Assembly: GCA_951406725.2 (NCBI GenBank)
Contig: OX597832.1
Coordinates: 65,100,001-65,164,000, forward strand
DNA: 64,000 bases
Source: Octopus vulgaris
Taxonomy: Eukaryota
Direction: 5' to 3'
The notes beneath the pieces are model-generated. The model made no database searches. It worked only from the letters and a program-made list of their open reading frames with translations, and had not been told where the DNA came from. The position numbers were made by a program, and so were the translations under genes. Shown here one piece after another: positions 1-14,447 of this stretch. Position 1 is the stretch's first letter; each line of letters opens with the position of its first letter.

Positions 1-528
1 TATATGTGAGTTTTCAAGGAATATAACGCATGAATATTAATATGGTTTCAAATTTTGCACAAAGCGAGCAGTTTTGCACAAAGTCGACAATATTAACCCC
101 AGTGAATGACTGATACTTATTTCATCGAAAGAATGAAAAGTAAATTCGAACCCAGAGAAATTTGAACTCATAACTTGAACATGGACAGTGTGCCGCGTTT
201 TATAATTAGAGGGTTTAGTTGATACTGTAGACCTCAGTACTTGGCGGGGTGCAACGGAAGTCAGAGTTGACCTCCGCAGCATCACAATCAAGAAAGTGAG
301 AAAAAAGAAACAAATAATGGTTTAAAATTTTGCCACAATGGCTGCAATTTTGAGTGGGTGGGGGATGAGTCGATTAGATCGATACAATTGCTCCACAGGT
401 ACATATTTCAGGGATCCCAATAGTAAAAAATGCCATGTCGACCTCGTTGGAATTTGAACGTAAAGACTGACGAAATGTCGCTGAGCATTTTGCCTGCCGT
501 GCTAACGATTCTGCCAGCTCACCGCCTT
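1..528. repeat. Copy 1 of a diverged local duplication (partner 5457-5995), made of decayed SINE pieces plus unique linker
   Basis: Colinear matches to 5457-5995, e.g. ttttcaaggaatataacgcatgaa, gggtttagttgatactgtagacc, tggtttaaaattttgccacaatggctgcaattttg. Confidence 0.85.
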
Positions 529-537
529 GCTGTTTAT

Positions 538-607
538 GTAATAATAATAATAATAATAATATTAATAATAATAATAATAATTATAATAGTAGTAGTAGTA
601 GTAGTAA

Positions 608-668
<61 letters not shown>

Positions 669-717
669 TGTAGTAGTTGTTGTAGTAGTAATAGTAATAG
701 TAATAATAATAATTATA

Positions 718-756
<39 letters not shown>
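538..756. repeat. Compound trinucleotide microsatellite (AAT)n-(AGT)n-(ATG)n
   Basis: Directly visible; source of the poly-I/V/M ORFs. Confidence 0.95.
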
Positions 757-758
<2 letters not shown>

Positions 759-1300
759 TGCCCTAATGTAGTACCAGGCATTGGCTCTCATGGGTTCTGA
801 TCTTAACTGATTAGAAGTGTTATCATGTACATTATTTTGTCTTGGTATAAATATTCTGCTCAATACCACAGATTTGCTTGTCAGTTGTTTGACTTTAACC
901 AGTTGAGCATGTCCCTTAGTGGCTAACGATATGTGCATCTCTGATCACGAGCAGAAGTAGTGGGGGAGCATCATAGCCGTGTGTTGAGAGGGATTCTTTG
1001 GGGTTTGAATAATTCACCTCTGGAAACATGGGTGTTTTGTTCAACATCCTTAAACAACCCTTATTCAGGGACCTTTTGAGTGGGATGGGTTACTCGACCT
1101 GAAGAAAATTCTAACTGGGCCCCACCTGCAAGGTCATGTGCTGTTTATCTTGATATGAGATCACCATGTCGCGCACATATGGTTGTGATGCATGTGCCTG
1201 GTGTACCCTTATCAGACGGGTAGTGGTGATGGGTATACTGGGCTTCGTATATTTTACCCCAGTGTCACTTTGATGGCATGAACTGCTCTCTCACTCAATA
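757..1300 (+). mobile_element. ~540-bp non-coding interspersed element ending in (AAT)n (here 'family E')
   Basis: Reverse-complement copies at 57237-57691, 59248-59780 and a diverged one at ~55995-56440. The 3' end ...ctctctcactc runs into (AAT)n. Confidence 0.85.
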
Positions 1301-1333
1301 ATAATAATAAAAATAATATTAATAATAATAATG

Positions 1334-1398
<65 letters not shown>

Positions 1399-2591
1399 CC
1401 CAGTGCTCAGCTGGTATTTCCTAGGCCTTGAATTGAAGAAAAGTTAAGTCGACCTCAACTTCTCAGCACTTTGCCCAGCATGGTCACAATTCTACTAGTT
1501 CTACTAGTTCTGATAATTCACAGAATATGAATATCTATTATAGTTGTAAAAACAACGCATTTTCTTGGGTCACCACCGTCTTATGCCACCAGTTTTCTAA
1601 TTATTATTGTAATAATTTCTAATTATTATTGTATGGATCTATAGATACAAAGCACAAAACAAAGTTTGGTAAAGTATTTAAATGCTCTTGTTATTACTTA
1701 AACAAAGGTGAATTCGGAACGAGCAGAAATATGGTGCGAGTAGTGTCAAAGAATCTTTCTCTTCCTGTTTAGACGACATAATTTTGTATTAGATGTATGA
1801 ATCTACTGTTTGTGACAGTTCGTTATAGTCCACACATTGTTACGTTATACGCCTCCAAACTTTAGCATCTATTAGATATATATCCTGTCTACCGTACACC
1901 ATCATCACGTTACAATAGCTATATTTCAGCTGTTGGATATTAAACACGTTTAGTTATGTAAAATTAAGAATGTGAATCGGGAGGCGTTTAATGAAAAAAT
2001 ATTTTTTTTAAAAGTCAAGAAAAGTGCACGCACAAGTTAAATTTCACTACACGTTAACATTGGTCAACACGTTAACCAAATATTTCACCAAATAATAAAT
2101 CGATTATTTGAATAATCGTTCGGTCAATCATTCAATTAGCTAGTTATTTCAAAGTCCTTCAATGACACACCTTTTCTCCACCAGGTTTGCTTCAGGTCCT
2201 TCACGAATGGCGGAAGGACATTGCTAAAGGTAGCCGATTACCTGAGTGACTGCCTGACTAATCAATCAATGAATTAATTGGTTAATGGTTAAGTAGTTCA
2301 TTAATCATTATAAAAGAAGTGAAATAGAGCCATGAACTGTAATTAATATTCACATAAAGGCCGATCTTAGATACAACAAAATCTGTTTCACGAGTTCACA
2401 TCAAGAATTTTGCAAAAATAAAGAACGCACTTTTCTTTACAATCGATAGTATTTTATAAAATGCCCCTTAATATAACAAATTGCCAAAAGAATATCGAGA
2501 AGAACCACAAAACAAAAACAATATATGTTAAGTACATACATATTATACATAAACATCCATCCATCCATATATATATATATAATATTCATAT

Positions 2592-2626
<35 letters not shown>

Positions 2627-2656
2627 ATACACTATATATATATATATATAATATTC

Positions 2657-2692
<36 letters not shown>

Positions 2693-3199
2693 TAATATAA
2701 TATATATATATATATATATATATAATGTGTAATGTATATATCATATATAATATATACGCCCATACATATACGTACATACACACACACTCACACACTCATA
2801 TATATGTATATATAGATATATATTTATGTGTGTTTATGTATTTATATATGTATGTATATATGGTTATGGATATGCCAGTAATATGGTAAAAAATATGGAT
2901 GTAGTATTTTAGAAAGAAGATAGAAAATTGATAGAACATCGAGAAATATGATAAGAGTTATTTTTTGTCTTTACAATCAGTCATAAATCATTTTTTAAGA
3001 TGAAATATTTGTGGGCGATATTAGTTAAAATGCAGCAGTTAGGAATCATGTCATGGTGACACAACACTTAAATTTCTTATTCTTATCACAAATCAAATAT
3101 ATATTTCTTCGCAAATTGTGCAAATATTACTGATACATCAGCTTTTATGCTTTCTCACTCGCTGTAAGATTCGCTGTCTTGCCTCTGTATATATATATA

Positions 3200-3234
<35 letters not shown>

Positions 3235-3247
3235 ATATATGTACATG

Positions 3248-3317
<70 letters not shown>

Positions 3318-3916
3318 CAGAGAGAAATGTGTATATATGTATATATAAGTATATATATATATATATTTACGGGGGGTGGGGTGTTTGTATTGTGCATTTG
3401 TGTTTTCTATTAATGCTTATATATGTACACATGCAAACATAAATGGATACACATATTTATACATACGTATATATTATCATATATGTGTATATGAATACAC
3501 ATACAAGCATATATAAATACAAGCATACATACATTGATACATATGTATATAGTTATTCATCAGCGTTCATATATATACATATATGTATACACACACAGTC
3601 ATTAAATCGTAGTAGACGGTTTGAAATGCCAAGAGATTTTTTAATTATATGAAAACATACTGAAACAAACACATACCCACACACAAACATACGTACACAC
3701 CTATACACAGAAACACTCACATTCAGCATGCACACTCTTAGATGTAATATATATATCATATGTCGTCGAAACTTCGAAGTTACTCTTAATAAAAATATCA
3801 AAATTATTAATCTATATTTTTAGCTTTCATTTAATATTCGCCGTTTTATGAGCTTGTGACCACATATTTTGTTAGATTTATATGTATTCATCTACAAATA
3901 TATGTATGAATATATG

Positions 3917-3954
<38 letters not shown>

Positions 3955-5456
3955 AGGATGGATGCACCTACCTACGTATACATGTATTTGTGTACGAATA
4001 TATTTGTGTATATATGTATATATACATGTATCTATTTATATGTGTATACATACGATTGTATATAATTCTGTATATATATATATGTTTGTATATATATATA
4101 TATATATATATATATGCATATATAAATGTTATGTATATATATATATATGTTTATATATATGTAATGCATATACGTATGTGTATATAACTATATGTACGTA
4201 TATAGATTACAGATTTACATATAATATGCACAAACTCATACATACATATATTTGCATGTGTATGTGTATGTCAATGCATAAATACACATATGCATATATT
4301 TATATGTGTATATATTTTATTACGAGTGTTCATTGTTCTTTGAATCACCAGAAAGAGAATTGAATGTTTCTTATTTACGAAAATAAAATGCAAGTGACTG
4401 GAACATATTACATCTACTTTAAGATAGTCGTGATGAAATATATTACGAACATATTATATGCCTTAATGGTATAAATGCGATGGCGGCTAATTAGCAGGAT
4501 CGATAATGTTGTGGTCAATATATTGTCTTTAGTTACGTCCCTTTCTGTTCATTATTGTTACGTAACAATTCTGTTACAAAATGTCAGAATACTATTTCTG
4601 GAAGCCATTTCATCTTGTACTATGTAGACAAATACAGGTGTATCAATTACTATTCAATAAAACTTCTTGATTTATTAAGATAATCTCTGCCTCTAGAGAA
4701 TATATTATAATTACCAAATGGCAATTAAGATCAGGACCAATATAGAAATCAAAACTTCCCAAAAGCTGACATACCATTAAGGGAGAAGACAGATTTAGTG
4801 TCTTGAGATAAGTATTTTTATCTCCATAACACTCTTCAGCACCAGGGTTATCTTCCCTTCTCTCAATTGGAGATTGTCTTTTGTATTTGGCAATAATAAT
4901 TTGGCAATCATGAATTACTCCTCCGGAGTAAGTCAAATTTAATTTGAAGCACGAATTTATATTGTATGTTATTTGATATGCCTGTATTTATCTATGATGT
5001 TCAAATACATGTCATTGGACACTTAGGCATTTCTCTTTGCTCTCCAAAAACAAAAATCTTAATCCAATAGTAACCGGTTATGGTCGACTTTCGGCGTCAA
5101 AATTGACTTCTGCAGAACTCATTTGATTATTGCACCCGGAAGATGCAACAACAAGCGCCCAAATGCTTTTGTGTTTACGGTTGAATATTACAATGTTTCT
5201 CCCAGTTAGTGAGGCGTAAATATAAAATTATGTGGCCACACTCTTTTACGTCTTCCGGGGGTATAATCAAAAGTAATCGCACTTGAAAAAGTAAGTGTAC
5301 ACGTCGGTTCAGAAGGTTAAGACGTAAGGTAATTAATTTAATGATAGCTGATGTCAACTCAGAGAGAAGAATCCGGGAGATAAAGGAACTGTGAGTAGCT
5401 ATATGATGCTACGTTGTATAAAGACAGCGCATTAAAAAAAAATCTAAGAGCAAAAT

Positions 5457-5995
5457 TATATGTGAATTTTCAAGGAATATAACGCATGAATGTTAATATG
5501 GTTTCAAATTTTGCACAAAGCGAGCAGTTTTGTGGGAGGGAGTAAGTCGACAGCATCAATCCCAGTGAATGACTGATATTTATTTCATCGAAAGAATGAA
5601 AGGTAAATTTGAACCCGGGGAGGTTTGAACTCATAACGTGAATATGGACGGTATTCCGCGTTTTATAATTAAAGGGTTTAGTTGATACTGTAGACCCCAG
5701 TAGTTGGCGGGGTGGAATGAAAGTCAGAGTTGACCTCTACGGTAGCACAATCTAGAAATTAACAAAAAAACAAATGATGGTTTAAAATTTTGCCACAATG
5801 GCTGCAATTTTGTATGAGTGGAGGATGAGTCGATTACTACAATACCAGTGCTCAACTGGTACATATTTTGTCGACCCCAAAAGGATAAAAGGCAAAGTCA
5901 ACCTAGCTGGAGTTTGAATTCAGAACGTAAAGACGGACGATATGCTGCCGAGTATTTTGTCCGTCGAGGTAACGATTCTGTCAGCTTGCCGCCGC
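5457..5995. repeat. Copy 2 of the local duplication (partner 1-528)
   Basis: Colinear with 1-528, including the junctions between SINE remnants. Confidence 0.85.
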
Positions 5996-6721
5996 GAAGT
6001 CTGCAGCACTAATCACTAAGCCTGAAAAAAGCCGCGGAAAAACGTCTTAAGAATTAACTTAAATCAGATAATAGGTGATGATCAGGTAGATTAGCACCGC
6101 CACGACTAACAAACCAATGAAATATATGAATGGATGTTACGCCAAGATTATATTTCTATAGCTGATGAGTCTCGAGTAAGCAGTAGTAAAGTTTAGTATA
6201 AACAATTCCAGGCGACTCCAACGCAAGATATTCAATGTGAGCGTTCCAAATGTTCTATTTTATGTGCTGAGGTCTTACTGAGCTATCCTGCTGTTTCGGA
6301 AATAATTGAGTTGGCTCCTGAAGTTCATCATAACTGTAGTACTGGTATCTAATAATCGTTGTCCTATCTCAAATTTTAACCCTCTTGTCATACATATTAT
6401 AAATAACAAAAGATATGTTTGTGTGTGTAGAGTAAGCGAAACAGCCCAGTTGCCTTCTTTAGATATCGTTTCATTTCGTCACTAGAATCAAGTACATGAA
6501 TTTTTCCGAGGTAACTTACATTTGTTTTCAGAGGTGAGACACGTATCAGTTGTATACTATACTCCATGGTGAACTAAACTACAATACAAGTGCTTTGACT
6601 TATCAAAAGAAAAAGAAAATCCATGAAACTAAAACCAGACATAAAGCGAGACATTATTAATGGCTTCAAATTTTGGCACAATACCAGCGGTTTTGCGGCG
6701 TTTTATGGGGTATGCAGTGAA

Positions 6722-7040
6722 CCTAGTCCTTAGTTTCGAGTCTGGTACTTACGCTTTTGGAAGCATTTGCCGAACTGCTAAGTTTAGACGACGTAAAGAA
6801 GCCAGAACCGGTTGTTAATGGGTGGGTGACAAACACGATACAAACACAAAGACACACACATATACACACACACAAACACATACCCACACACTCGTACCCA
6901 CAAACATGAGAGGCATCTTCACTGTTCTCTTCATTGAAGTTCACTGACAAGACATCGATCGGTCCGGGAATGGAGCAGAAAACACTTTCCAAACTTTCGG
7001 TACAATGGAACTAAGCATTGGACCACATAGTTGCAAAGCG
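6722..7040 (-). mobile_element. Decayed tRNA-derived SINE (family D)
   Basis: Motifs gccgaactgctaagtt, gacgtaaa, ccggttgt and an internal (CA)n, shared with 8915-9281. Confidence 0.6.
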
Positions 7041-8914
7041 GTCCATCAACTCCCAGTGAAGATAAAAAAGATAGCGAGGTTTATCGAAACTTAATGGCGT
7101 CTTGAACACTTGTATTTTGGTTCAGCCGATCGTGGTCCCCATCTGAACACAGTCGAGTTTATACAGAGTGAAACACAGAAAGAGAGAAAAAGAATCGACC
7201 CCTACTACCCAAACCTGAAAATATATTTTACGTTTCAATTAGGAAATAAATGAAAGTCAATGTTAAATTCTGCGAGATTTGAAGTGAGAGCAAACAAACC
7301 CAGAACGTGGAATCTCTCCGACAGTTTAACATCTCTTCCAACTCGCCGCCATCAGAACTATAAACCATCCAATAACAAGGAAATATATATATAGAATAAC
7401 GATCAACTGGCAGCACAAGTTATTTTGTGTTGATTTCATTTAGATAATATTATTTTAACTAAATTATTTTGCCATAAAATGGCGTCGATAAAAAACATAT
7501 ATTGCGCATTTGCCCAGGGAGAAAAGAAACCAATATAAAGATAACACATGAAAATTGAATATTGGTGCTAATAATTGTTGGACGTCCAATAATTTATACA
7601 TCATGTCTCGTACGTATGGGAAAAAATTACCAAAACAAAACATTTTTCTTGTATTTGCTTAAGTCAACAGTTTTACTAAGGAATTCTTATCGTCGGCTTC
7701 ATTGGACTCAGTATTTGAATAATGAATTTACTTTCGTCTTCTTTGGAAAGGTCACGGAGAAAGAAGTCAATCCTTTTCATAACGTAACTAAATAAATGTC
7801 AAAGGATTAGCCTTAAATTCGTCGAAATTTTACAGGCCTCCATTAACCTAGAGATTATCCCGTTCGCCACTGAGTGTATACGAGCAAAAATACGAAGTAT
7901 TCATTTTGATTTGAGTGGGGACAGAGCAAAGTTAAATGAATTATTGCGCTATAGACTGGAAGGCAGTTTTTGTTGGAATCGAAATCACTAGCATTTAAGC
8001 GAGAGTCCCAGGACCTTACCACATAGCCATGACCGTTCACAACAAACAGTGTGGCAAATCTAACAGGTTAACTAGTAGAAGACGGTCTTTGAGCTTGAAA
8101 CATGTGTCCACACATGTTCGTAATTATCATCTTATGTCCAGACTGTAATCTCTCCTTAACAGCATGACAACTTTGAATAAATCTTGAAACTTGAGATCGT
8201 CTCTACTCTTTATATAAAACCGTTAACAATTTCCATTTGGTAATTCTTCAAGAAGTGGAGATAATTTGAATAAATCAATAATTTTTGTTGTATGGTATTC
8301 GATATACTTGTATTTGTCTATGTGTAGACGACTGGCTCTCTGTTACTTTATCTGTTTGCAATCATTTTTTATGTTTCACTTCGCATCTACTTTGACGTAA
8401 CATAGCAATGATGCAGGATTTATCTCATGCCTTCTAATATAGTTCCATAGACATCTAGAATACATTAGAATGCAATCGAAGATGTATTTTAGGCATTTTA
8501 TTATCTCGTTTCATTTTTTTGCATAGTGTATCGAAGAACGCAATACATGCCATGCTTTTCTTGTAAAATATTTATTTCAGTGATATTTGAGGGAGATTTA
8601 TTTGTCCTTGCCAGCAGATCTGAAGACCTCGTATATATTGAGCATCGATGTTGGCCCCTCGAGAAACTGTCCACGGTTCGATAACGCCAGGAAACATGGA
8701 ATTTCCTTAGGATTTTTCTCTTTGACCTCCTCTCTACCTGCCTATCTGTCTGTCTGTCTGTCTGCCTGTCGGTCTGTCTTTGTGTCTGTCTGTGTCTCCT
8801 TTTTATCCCTCGGTGTTCTTAGTCTGAATTTCTTTATCTCACATGCCTTCTTTCCACCCCTTCACTTGTCTCTGTCTCTCCCTCTCTCCTACTCCCCTAA
8901 CTAATAATCTTTTC

Positions 8915-9281
8915 TCTTTTCTTTGTTTTAGTCATTGACTGCGGCCATGCTGGTGCACCATCTTGAAGAACTCCAATACTTATATATTTAAAGCCTGGCA
9001 TGTATTCTATCGGAATCTTCGCCGTACTGCAAGGCTACGGAGATGTAGCACACCAACGCCGGCTGTCAAGCGGTGATGAGGGAAAACACAGACACAAACA
9101 CCACTCTACACACACACACACACACAATAGGCTTCTTTCAGTTTTCGTCTACCAAATCTACTCACAAGACATAGGTTGGTCCGAGCCTGTAGTATCAGAC
9201 ACATGACCAGTGGGGCCACAACGTAGGCTTGAACCAAGAACCATGTGGTTGGGAAGCAAGTGTCTACTTACGCCTGTGCCT
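8915..9281 (-). mobile_element. tRNA-derived SINE (family D)
   Basis: Tail gactgcggccatgctggtgcacc, internal (CA)n, and a head that is the reverse complement of the 9372 copy. Confidence 0.75.
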
Positions 9282-9371
9282 ATTTCTCCATCCTTCATCT
9301 TTTATCTTTGATTTTTGTGAGTCTATGTTACAACACCCATTAGGGAGATTTGGATATATTATCTTCCTTCA

Positions 9372-9712
9372 CAGGTGTAGACGTGGCTGTATGGTAAGCA
9401 GCTTAATTATCAGCCGCATGGTTCCCGGTTCAGTCCTACAGCGTGACACCTTGGGCAAGTGTCTTCTACTATAACCTTGGGCCGATCAAATATGTATATG
9501 TATATGTTTGTGTGTCTGCGTTTGTACCCACCACCATCGCTTGACAACTGGTGTTGGTGTGTTTACGTCCCCGTAAATTAGCGGTCGGCAAAAGATACCG
9601 ATCGGATAAGTACTAGGCTTACAAAGACTAAGTCCTGGGGTCGATTTGTTCGACTTTAGATGCTGCACCAGTATGGCCGCAGTGAAATGAGTGAAACAAG
9701 TAAAAAGATAAA
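9372..9712 (+). mobile_element. tRNA-derived SINE (family D)
   Basis: A-box-like TGGCTGTATGG, B-box-like GGTTCAGTCC, accttgggcaagtg core, tail cagtatggccgcagt. Confidence 0.8.
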
Positions 9713-9902
9713 ATATTTGTTGTGTTAGTATTAATAATAGTATTAGTAGTAGCAGCAGCAGAAGAAGAAGACATTGTCAGCGTTGTAGTATAATCATAAT
9801 GGTTGTTGTTGTAAGAGTAGTAGTAGTAGCTGAGCTGTCGAAGTAGTAGTCGTAACCATATTCACACTATTACTGGCATTATTAGTAATATCAATATTAA
9901 TT

Positions 9903-10296
9903 TTTCTACTCTAGGCACCAAGCCCGAAATATTGGGGAAAGGGCTAGATGATTAGGTCGCCCCCGTACGCAATTGGTACTTAATTTATCGACACCGAAAG
10001 GATGAAAGGCAAAGTCGACCACAGCGGAATTCGAACTCAGAACGTAGCGGCAGACGAAATGCCTATTTCTTTACTACCCACAAGGGGCTAAACACAGAGG
10101 GGACAAACAAGGAAAGACAAACGGATTAAGCCGATTATATCGACCCCAGTGCGTAACTGGTACTTATTTAATCGACCCCGAAAGGATGAAAGGCAAAGTC
10201 GACCTCGGCGGAATCTGAACTCAGAACGTAGCGGCAGACGAAATACCGCTAAGCATTTCGCCCGGCGTGCTAACGTTTCTGCCAGCTCGCCGCCTT
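9903..10296 (-). mobile_element. Dimeric tRNA-like SINE (family A)
   Basis: Two consecutive copies of cgaaaggatgaaaggcaaagtcgacc...gaactcagaacgtagcggcagacgaaat with different tails. Head on the minus strand: aaggcggcgagctggcagaaacgttagc. Confidence 0.85.
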
Positions 10297-11354
10297 GTAA
10301 ATAGCAGTAATAATAACAAAAGTGCTATTGGTACTGGTAGTAATATTAATAACAGCAGCAGTAGCATGCGTCATCATTGTCATCCCCATCATAGTAGTAG
10401 TAGTAGTAGTAGTAGCTGCTGCTGTTGATTAAACCTGAATTAGCAGCGATTGAACAATTCCACTATTATCAAAGATGTTCTAGCTGTGCAACCGAACCTT
10501 CTTTACCAGGGAACATAAGTGTATCAAGGACTACGTAGTCCAATGTGTCATTTTTTGAAAACAAAGCTTGTGAGATGTGATGTAATCCATTGTAACCTAT
10601 CCACTCGTATTTCCTGTATGTTTGAACGATCGTCCATGACCATCTCTTCCTCGATGACTGGCAATTAAAGAGGTTTAATGAGATGAAAGTAATGCAGAAG
10701 CGAATTAAGTGATAATTTTTAAAGAGAAACCATTGGATCAGAGGACAAACTCATGGAGCGAGAGCCGGAGATAAAGAGAGTGAGAGGGGGAAGGAGGAGG
10801 AAAGAAAGAAGGAAAATGAGTGCAGTGAGGGAGAAACCATAATAAAATATAAAAATAAGAGAAAATAATCACCAACATCACCGAATAAAATAAAATAAAA
10901 ATGTTAGAAATAAGAAAATGATAAAAATGATGCGTAGTCACGCAGAATCACTTAAGATGTGGTACGTGACTGACAGCTGTATTTCACAGGCAGGGTTCAA
11001 AATACGGGAAGAGAGAAGGGTGATGTTTCTTTTCTTTTTGTTCTCCTTTTATACATTTATAATATATTTTTTTTAACATTTTGTTTTTTGTTTTTTATTG
11101 AAGAACAGAGGAACAAACTAAGACGACCTAGATTTTGACGGTGAATGGAGATTACCGCCCACTAATTAATATGTGCAGAGAACCACCAACGATAATACAG
11201 CCATCACCAATATCACCGCTGCCACCAACACAACCACCGTAACAATCACCGACACCAGCGCAATCGCTCAACAGTTTAAAATGTGTCTTTCGTTTCTCCA
11301 AAATAAAAAAAGTGCAAACTGACATCATAAAAAGTATTGGAAATAAACAGCGTG

Positions 11355-11730
<376 letters not shown>

Positions 11731-11832
11731 CTCACATAAACATATATATTAATTATTGATTTTATATGAAATACACTCTACATAAACAGTTTAACTGTGC
11801 AATCAAGGGATTGTACAATACTTGTTAGTCGA

Positions 11833-12177
11833 TGGAAGCACTCCGTCGGTTACGACGATGAGGGTTCCGGTTGATCCGAATCAACGGAACAGCCTGCTCG
11901 TGAAATTAACGTGTAAGTGGCTGAGCACTCCACAGACACGTGCACTCTTGACGTAGTTCTCGGGGATATTCAGTACAACAGAAACAGGAAGTAAGAGTGG
12001 GAGAAAGTTGTGGTGAAAGAGTACAGTAGGGATCACCACCATCCCCTGCCGGAGTCTCGTGGAGCTTTTTAGGTGTTTTCGCTCAATAAACACTCACAAC
12101 GCCCGGTCTGGGAATCGAAACCGCGATCCTATGACCACGAGTCCGCTGCCCTAACCACTGGGCCATTGCGCCTCCAC
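11833..12177 (-). mobile_element. tRNA-derived SINE (family B) with 8-bp TSD
   Basis: Minus-strand A box TGGCCCAGTGG and B-box-like GGTTTCGATTCC. TSD ttagtcga at 11825-11832 and 12178-12185. Near-identical copy at 42379-42767. Confidence 0.9.
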
Positions 12178-12940
12178 TTAGTCGAGTAGATACCAAGTTG
12201 TAGAAGGAAAAGTTCGACAGCTATTTAGAAGTTCCGACAGGCTAGCCTTAATCATTCCATTTTCTATAACCTCGAGCCCACTCACACATTGTAAATGAAT
12301 GTAGGAATACGGAGTCTGTGTAGAATCCCCTAGCGAGGATTGCACTTAAAACTGAGAAAAAACGGCACGACATTGCCTCAGACCGTGTTAAGCAGCTTCT
12401 TCCTGGGTGCAATGTCAACGTAGCATCGGCTTCGGTGGTAATCTAAATCTATTACAAGTGAAAACAGAACTTAATGTAGGTGATGTAAGTATTCTATACT
12501 CATAGTCCAGTGACGGAGATCCACTAAAAGATTCGGCAATATAATCCTTGATGTGTACGTATATGAATTCTTCTACACAATCTTCATACACGTTCAGATA
12601 TATGAATACACATCTAGTTCAGAACCAATTCTTTTATGTGATTAACTGTGGAAGATGCATATACATAAATGCATACGTACATACATACATATACATACAT
12701 ACATACATACATACATACATACATACATACATAAATACACACATACATACATACATACATACATACATACATACACACATACATACACACATACATACAT
12801 ACATACATACATTCATGTACATACGGATACATAAATGTTCATGTATGGATTAGTGTTAGAGCATGGTTAAAAATGTAAGCTTTGCGTTCGCAAATATATG
12901 CACACAACACATATTCCCGCGTATATTATACATAGAATAC

Positions 12941-13022
<82 letters not shown>

Positions 13023-13192
13023 CACACATATGTATATGAATATATATTTATGTACACAAGTGTACATATATATATATAAATATATATACATATATATATA
13101 TGCATATATATTTGTATACATGTATATATACGTATTTTTCTGTGTTTTTTGTATATGTGTGTTTGTGTGAATATATATATATATATACACAC

Positions 13193-13251
<59 letters not shown>

Positions 13252-14216
13252 ATATATATGTAAACATATGTGTGTATGCAATAGAAAGAAAGAAAGGAAG
13301 AAAGATGGGCGTATGTAAGCTCCCCAGTATTCGCATATGATTATGCCTCCTACATACCACTATACAATAATCCGCTGGGGTGTTTTATTTTCTGCTTAAT
13401 AAAACATCGATAAACATATTAGAGCGATCAATTATTATTATTGCGGTTTTGAGCACCCATTGAAGGGAAACATCGTAAAATGTTCTTCACAATATGTGTA
13501 TTCATAAATATTTAATGTGATCTCATTGACAACTTTTACTCATTTCCATAGTTTAGATCTATCTTTGTAATTAAATATACATATATATACTTGTATACTT
13601 ACATACATATGTGCGTATGTGATCGCTTATTGTGTGTATTTATATTGACGTAAATATATGTATATATATATGTATATGTGTGTGTGTATGTTCGCGTGTG
13701 TGCGTGTACCCTGTATGTTATATATATTAAAATCTATAGTCACATACACATCCATGCATATATCTATATATCCGTGCGTATGTATCTACGCTGTGTGTAG
13801 GAATCAATGTTTTTATATGAAAATATCTATACATGTATGAAGAAATGTGTCAATGCATCTATGTGTCTCTCCATGTAATTCCTTATCTCTGCACTCACAC
13901 TCACACACATACGCATACACACACACACATACACACACACGCAGATAGATAAGAGTATAAAAGGGCTAAATTATCCTGATGAATACCGAATTATATCATA
14001 AAATGGTATAGATGCAGGATATATATTCGAATTGCATAGTAATCCAGTTTAAATAGATATAGGTACTTGTAAGATCCTATTCGCTTACACTCATATACAT
14101 AGATAGATATTCACACACACACACACACTCACACACACACACACAGATATATATATATATTTGCATACACATATATGTCCATATTAACATATCTTTTTAT
14201 GCATGTATATATATAT

Positions 14217-14447
14217 ATTTCTTTATTGCCCACAAGGGGCTAAACATAGAGGGGACAAACAAGGACAGACAAACGGATTAAGTCGATTACATCGACCCCA
14301 GTGCGTAACTGGTACTTTGTTTATCGACCCCGAAAGGATGCAAGGCAAAGTCGACCTCGGCGGAATTTGAACTCACAACGTAACGACAGACGAGATACGG
14401 CTACGTATTTCGCCCGGCGTGCTAACGTTTCTGCCAGCTCGCCGCCT
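14217..14447 (-). mobile_element. SINE family A monomer
   Basis: Closely matches 10063-10296. Confidence 0.85.

Noticed and set aside
2185-2248. Possible exon after cttttctccaccag encoding LLQVLHEWRKDIAKG(SRLPE*)
   Set aside because: Good acceptor but weak donor, no recognisable family and no partner exons; needs RNA-seq.
4643-4936. 97-aa minus-strand ORF in unique sequence
   Set aside because: Non-ATG start and no recognisable motif.
6162-6225. CTGATGAG as a hammerhead core
   Set aside because: No GAAA closing stem II and no stems I or III.
8049-8113. gtgtg...GAAACATGTGTC-cacac hammerhead-like 3' half
   Set aside because: No CUGANGA-like core after the putative stem I.
8581-8680. Possible exon IFEGDLFVLASRSEDLVYIEHRCWPLEKLST
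   Set aside because: FEGD similarity to astacin propeptides is too short, and there is no good donor.
12369-12416. Hairpin gacattgc-ctcag...ctggg-t-gcaatgtc as a pre-miRNA
   Set aside because: Stem only ~13 bp with a large loop; expected by chance.
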